A stretch of 64,000 nt of DNA from Ignavibacteria bacterium (lineage in GTDB: Bacteria > Bacteroidota > Ignavibacteria > Ignavibacteriales > Melioribacteraceae), in assembly GCA_009773205.1 (NCBI GenBank), contig WPAE01000002.1:3241-67240 (forward strand), in the 5' to 3' direction. The position numbers and the translations under genes were made by a program. The notes beneath the pieces are model-generated. The model worked only from the letters and a program-made list of their open reading frames with translations, did no database searches and had not been told where the DNA came from. Below are positions 60,282 through 64,000 of this stretch, in pieces (the first letter of the stretch is position 1; each line of letters opens with the position of its first letter).

Positions 60282-60664
60282 TATATTTTCTCCCCAACTT
60301 TGTTAAGTAATGTTTCTACTTTAGCAACCAATTGCTCTGGAGAAATTGGCTTTTCAACAAAGTCATCCACAGGCACCATTTCGCTCTTGTTAAAATCCAT
60401 TCCTATTGCTTTAGATACAGAAGTGTACATGAGAATTGGTGTGTGAATATTTTCTCTTCTTAACTTTTGAGCAAGAAAGAACCCATCATCAGGCTCATCC
60501 ATCATAACATCAAGAATAATTAAGTTTGGTTTTCTTTCCTCAATAATTTTGAAGCCATCCGTTGGGTTAGATGCTGTAACAACATCGTAGCCTTTCGATT
60601 TTAACACTAGCGAGCTGGCGTCCAGAATATCTGGATCGTCGTCGATAATAGCTATTAGCGCCAT
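60281..60664 (-). CDS. Single-domain response regulator
   Basis: IDDD, LDVMM phospho-Asp, TS, EKP; no output domain. Confidence 0.92.
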   Translation of the reverse strand: MALIAIIDDDPDILDASSLVLKSKGYDVVTASNPTDGFKIIEERKPNLIILDVMMDEPDDGFFLAQKLRRENIHTPILMYTSVSKAIGMDFNKSEMVPVDDFVEKPISPEQLVAKVETLLNKVGEKI

Positions 60665-60678
60665 AGCTTTCTCCTTTT

Positions 60679-62166
60679 TTAGTTCTGATTTATTGGTAAG
60701 TGAATTGTGAACGTAGTTCCGTAACCGAAAACAGATTCTACTTCGATTTTTCCGTAATACGACTCGACAATTTTTTTAACTATTGATAAACCTAATCCTG
60801 TACCACTAATGCCGCGGGTCTTTTCATTTTTTGCGCGATAAAACTCGTTGAACAATCTGTCTTTTTCTTCCGGCTTCATACCAATTCCGGTATCGCGAAT
60901 TTTTATAGAGACATAACTGTTTTCTTGATGCGCAATAATGTAAATAGAGCCGCTTTCTTTATTGTATTTTATAGCATTGCTAATCAGATTTGTGAACAGA
61001 CGGGTAATTTCACTTACATCAGCTTTAATAATCGGAAGGTTTTCTTGAATATTAGTATCAACAACAATTTCTTTTTTCTTCAGTTCAAATTCTAAGAATT
61101 GTAAAGTACTCTTTATAGTTTCTATAATATTTACATTTTCAATTTCACGATGCTTGGTTTTCAATTCCATTCTAGAAATATCGAGAAGATCATTAACAAG
61201 GTCTGTTAAACTTCTGAGCCGAACCGTAGATCTTGTTAAATATTCTTTCTCTTTTTCCTTATCAACACCAAGAGAATCGTCCAAAATGATATTTATAAAA
61301 CCCTGAACTGCTGCAAGCGGAGTTTTAAGCTCGTGAGCAACCATAGAAACAAATTGAGATTTTATCAGTTCAATCTTTTTGAACTGAGTTACGTTGCTGA
61401 GAATTATTACAACTCCAGCTAAACTACCATCCGGATTTGGAACCGGAGTGCAAGCTGCTTCAATTATTAATTCATTATTAGGAAGAATTTCTATTTGAGT
61501 AGTGTAAGTTTTTAGAAGAATTTTTTCTTTAGAGATTATTTTATCTATTATTTCAGAAATTTCTTTCGGGAGTTTCTCAACAACCTTCTCGCCAATTTTT
61601 ACATCTCTAATATTTAGAAAACGAAGAGCAGCATAATTAAAATAAACAAGCTCTTCGTTTCGGTTTATTACTATAACGCCGTCGCTTATTGCTTTAATTA
61701 TTGTGTTGAGCCGGGATTTTTCTGAAGCAAGTTCAAGCAGTTTTTCTTCACGTTCTTGCTTAAGCCGCAAAGCTTCAAGAATTAGTTGGCGCTGTTTTAG
61801 TCCTTGCTCAATTTGATAAATAAACTCTTCTGGTGTAAACGGTTTTGGAATATAGCTATATGCGCCAAGCCGTGTGGATTGAATGGCAGTATCGTAACTT
61901 GCATAAGCAGTTGCTATAAAGCAGATTGTATTAGGGAATGTTGTTTTAATTTCTTTAAGAACTTCCAGACCGTCAATATCCGGCATCTTTAAATCAATCA
62001 CCGCAACATCAAAATCTTTTGATGTTCCTAAACGAATACCTACTTCGCCGCAATCGGCAGTTTCTACTTCGTATCCTTCGTCCTCAAGTAATCTTTGCGT
62101 TCCAATGCGTAAGCCTTTTTCGTCATCAACAATAAGGATACTAGCTTTTTTAACTTGATCAGACAT
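60679..62166 (-). CDS. Hybrid REC-PAS-histidine kinase
   Basis: REC (VDDE, IDLKMPDIDG, PKPF), PAS-like ISDGVIVIN, H-box AHELKTP, NLISNAIKY, DTGIG, GTGLGL. Confidence 0.92.
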   Translation of the reverse strand: MSDQVKKASILIVDDEKGLRIGTQRLLEDEGYEVETADCGEVGIRLGTSKDFDVAVIDLKMPDIDGLEVLKEIKTTFPNTICFIATAYASYDTAIQSTRLGAYSYIPKPFTPEEFIYQIEQGLKQRQLILEALRLKQEREEKLLELASEKSRLNTIIKAISDGVIVINRNEELVYFNYAALRFLNIRDVKIGEKVVEKLPKEISEIIDKIISKEKILLKTYTTQIEILPNNELIIEAACTPVPNPDGSLAGVVIILSNVTQFKKIELIKSQFVSMVAHELKTPLAAVQGFINIILDDSLGVDKEKEKEYLTRSTVRLRSLTDLVNDLLDISRMELKTKHREIENVNIIETIKSTLQFLEFELKKKEIVVDTNIQENLPIIKADVSEITRLFTNLISNAIKYNKESGSIYIIAHQENSYVSIKIRDTGIGMKPEEKDRLFNEFYRAKNEKTRGISGTGLGLSIVKKIVESYYGKIEVESVFGYGTTFTIHLPINQN

Positions 62167-62179
62167 TTATCACATTTTG

Positions 62180-62596
62180 TTAATTGCTTTTTGGTACAAC
62201 CTCGTAAGATTCTAACTTCGATAGCAATTCTTCTACTACAACAGGCTTGTTCAAAATACCGTCACACTTAATCCATTCCCTTTCTTCACTTGTAGATACA
62301 CTAAATTTGTAACCGGTTTCGTAAGTAGCAGAAGTAAGAATAAACACCGGCATTTGCTTTCCGTGTGCAGTTTTTTTGATTTTATAAGCTAGAATAAAAC
62401 CGGAATCCATTTGTTCCATAATTAAATCTATAATAGCCGCATCTGGTTTCTCTTTCTGGAAAACGTTAAATCCTTCTTCTGCACTTTCTGCACTAACAAC
62501 TAGAAAACCTTTTGCTTCAAGCAGCATTTTATTTTGTTCTAATAAATCAATATCATCATCAACAAGCAAGATTTTTTTTACATCAGCTAAGTTCAT
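62180..62596 (-). CDS. Single-domain response regulator
   Basis: VDDD, IDLIM phospho-Asp, TS, NKP; no output domain. Confidence 0.92.
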   Translation of the reverse strand: MNLADVKKILLVDDDIDLLEQNKMLLEAKGFLVVSAESAEEGFNVFQKEKPDAAIIDLIMEQMDSGFILAYKIKKTAHGKQMPVFILTSATYETGYKFSVSTSEEREWIKCDGILNKPVVVEELLSKLESYEVVPKSN

Positions 62597-62609
62597 TTCT
62601 TATATCCTT

Positions 62610-64000
62610 TTAATTCAATAAAACGTTTGTATTTAATTTTACCGGAAATTTAATTGTAAATGTAGTTCCTTTTCCTTCAAGACTTTTAACTCTAATATCA
62701 CCTTTGTGCATTTTTACTATTCCGTAAGTAATAGCTAAACCAAGTCCTGTTCCTTTGCCCATTTTCTTTGTTGTAAAAAAAGGAGTAAATATTTTTGCAA
62801 CATTTTCAGCAGGTATTCCGCACCCGGAATCAGAAATTTCTGCAGTTAGAAATTCTTCGGTGCGCTTAATGTTAACAGATATTTCTTTCTGTTCGCATGA
62901 TTCAACTGCTTCTACAGCATTAACAAGTAAATTGATAAAAACTTGTTTTATCTGATCTCCATCGCCGCCTATAATTGCATCTTCGGTAAGTTCATTTATA
63001 TTAAAAGTTACTCCACTGTATTCTGGATTCAATCTCAAAGTTGATACAATTCCTTTAACTATATCTGCTGCATTAATTGTAGAAATACGGAGTTTACCTT
63101 GTCTTGCAAAATTTAGAAGATTAGAGACAATATTTCTGCATCTGTTAGCTTCTTCCATAATTAATGCTAAGTCTTCGCTATTCTGATTCTCGCCGCCCGA
63201 TTTTTCTAACTTGCGTTTCAGCATTGAAGCATAAAGCATAATTGAACCAAGTGGATTATTAATTTCGTGTGCCACTCCGGCAGCAAGCTGACCAATTGAA
63301 GCAAGTTTTTCAGCGCTGTTAAGCTGCTCATGCGTTTCTTTAATCTCTATGTTAGCGGCTTCAAGTTTATCAATCAAATACGGAAGGCACATATCATCTT
63401 CTGCTAAGCATTTTGCAATGGCTACTGCATAGTTTCTGCAGGTAGAGTATCCGCAAGAGCCGCAATTTAATTCATCGCTCTTGGTTAATTTGTTAGTACG
63501 TAAAAGAATTTCTTTAATCTCTTCTTCACTTGGCATTGGTCTTCTTTGAGGTTTTGATGTAAACTTCCTCTTAAGGTTAACATCTCTTGAGTTAAAGATG
63601 TTACTTTGCCACTCTCGCTTATCCAATGAGTTCAAGTTTTCATTTATGTAACAAACTACTTTTTCTCTTCTCGAATAATAGTTCAAATCGGAGTCTATTG
63701 CCGGTCCATTTATACAGCCTTCGCAGAAAAGTATATCAACAAATTTCGATTTAAGATTACCATTTGCAATTTCTTCTATAATCTCCGTTACTTTAGTTCT
63801 TCCTTCTACAACAATAATATCCTTATGAAGAATATCTTCATTAATATTTGCTGTTTTAAGCAAGCCGCCTACAAGCGGATACGATTTTCCTAAATATGCG
63901 TGTGGTTTGTCAAAATCGGTTTCTTCTAGTTCATCGAAATTTATGTTCTGTTCTCGAAAAATTTTTTTCAGCTCTTTAAATGTTAAAACTGCATCAACAG
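62610..64000 (-). CDS. [FeFe]-hydrogenase-like / Fe-S / histidine kinase fusion (group C1-type putative H2 sensor), 5'-truncated
   Basis: Frame stays open to the window edge (VDAVLTFKEL..); ILFCEGCINGP; CGSCGYSTC..C Fe-S domain; H-box AHEINNP, N-box, G1, F and G2 boxes. Confidence 0.85.
   Translation of the reverse strand, partial: VDAVLTFKELKKIFREQNINFDELEETDFDKPHAYLGKSYPLVGGLLKTANINEDILHKDIIVVEGRTKVTEIIEEIANGNLKSKFVDILFCEGCINGPAIDSDLNYYSRREKVVCYINENLNSLDKREWQSNIFNSRDVNLKRKFTSKPQRRPMPSEEEIKEILLRTNKLTKSDELNCGSCGYSTCRNYAVAIAKCLAEDDMCLPYLIDKLEAANIEIKETHEQLNSAEKLASIGQLAAGVAHEINNPLGSIMLYASMLKRKLEKSGGENQNSEDLALIMEEANRCRNIVSNLLNFARQGKLRISTINAADIVKGIVSTLRLNPEYSGVTFNINELTEDAIIGGDGDQIKQVFINLLVNAVEAVESCEQKEISVNIKRTEEFLTAEISDSGCGIPAENVAKIFTPFFTTKKMGKGTGLGLAITYGIVKMHKGDIRVKSLEGKGTTFTIKFPVKLNTNVLLN

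Overview
AT-rich bacterial chromosome segment, most consistent with the Ignavibacteria/Chlorobi/Bacteroidota (FCB) group (inference from the DUF2795 protein, ssb-gldE synteny and the GlmU-like protein). Most of it is housekeeping genes. Four things stand out. (1) A near-canonical Xer dif site at 36319-36346 sits exactly where gene orientation flips from all-plus to mostly-minus, so the window probably spans the replication terminus, yet parAB lie only about 7 kb away. (2) The 13.5-17.1 kb region holds several short TIR-bounded elements (three nested inside each other), an orphan antitoxin with a truncated RelE-like toxin, and a hicBA pair. (3) From 55 kb to the window edge is a putative H2-sensing system: an [FeFe]-hydrogenase-like/Fe-S/histidine kinase fusion, two single-domain receivers and a REC-PAS-kinase, directly upstream of a trimeric [FeFe]-hydrogenase, with a membrane kinase downstream. 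(4) That hydrogenase's beta subunit carries the non-bifurcating NADH-dependent signature. No CRISPR array, rRNA, prophage or autonomous transposase was seen. All calls were made by reading motifs; no database searches were run.
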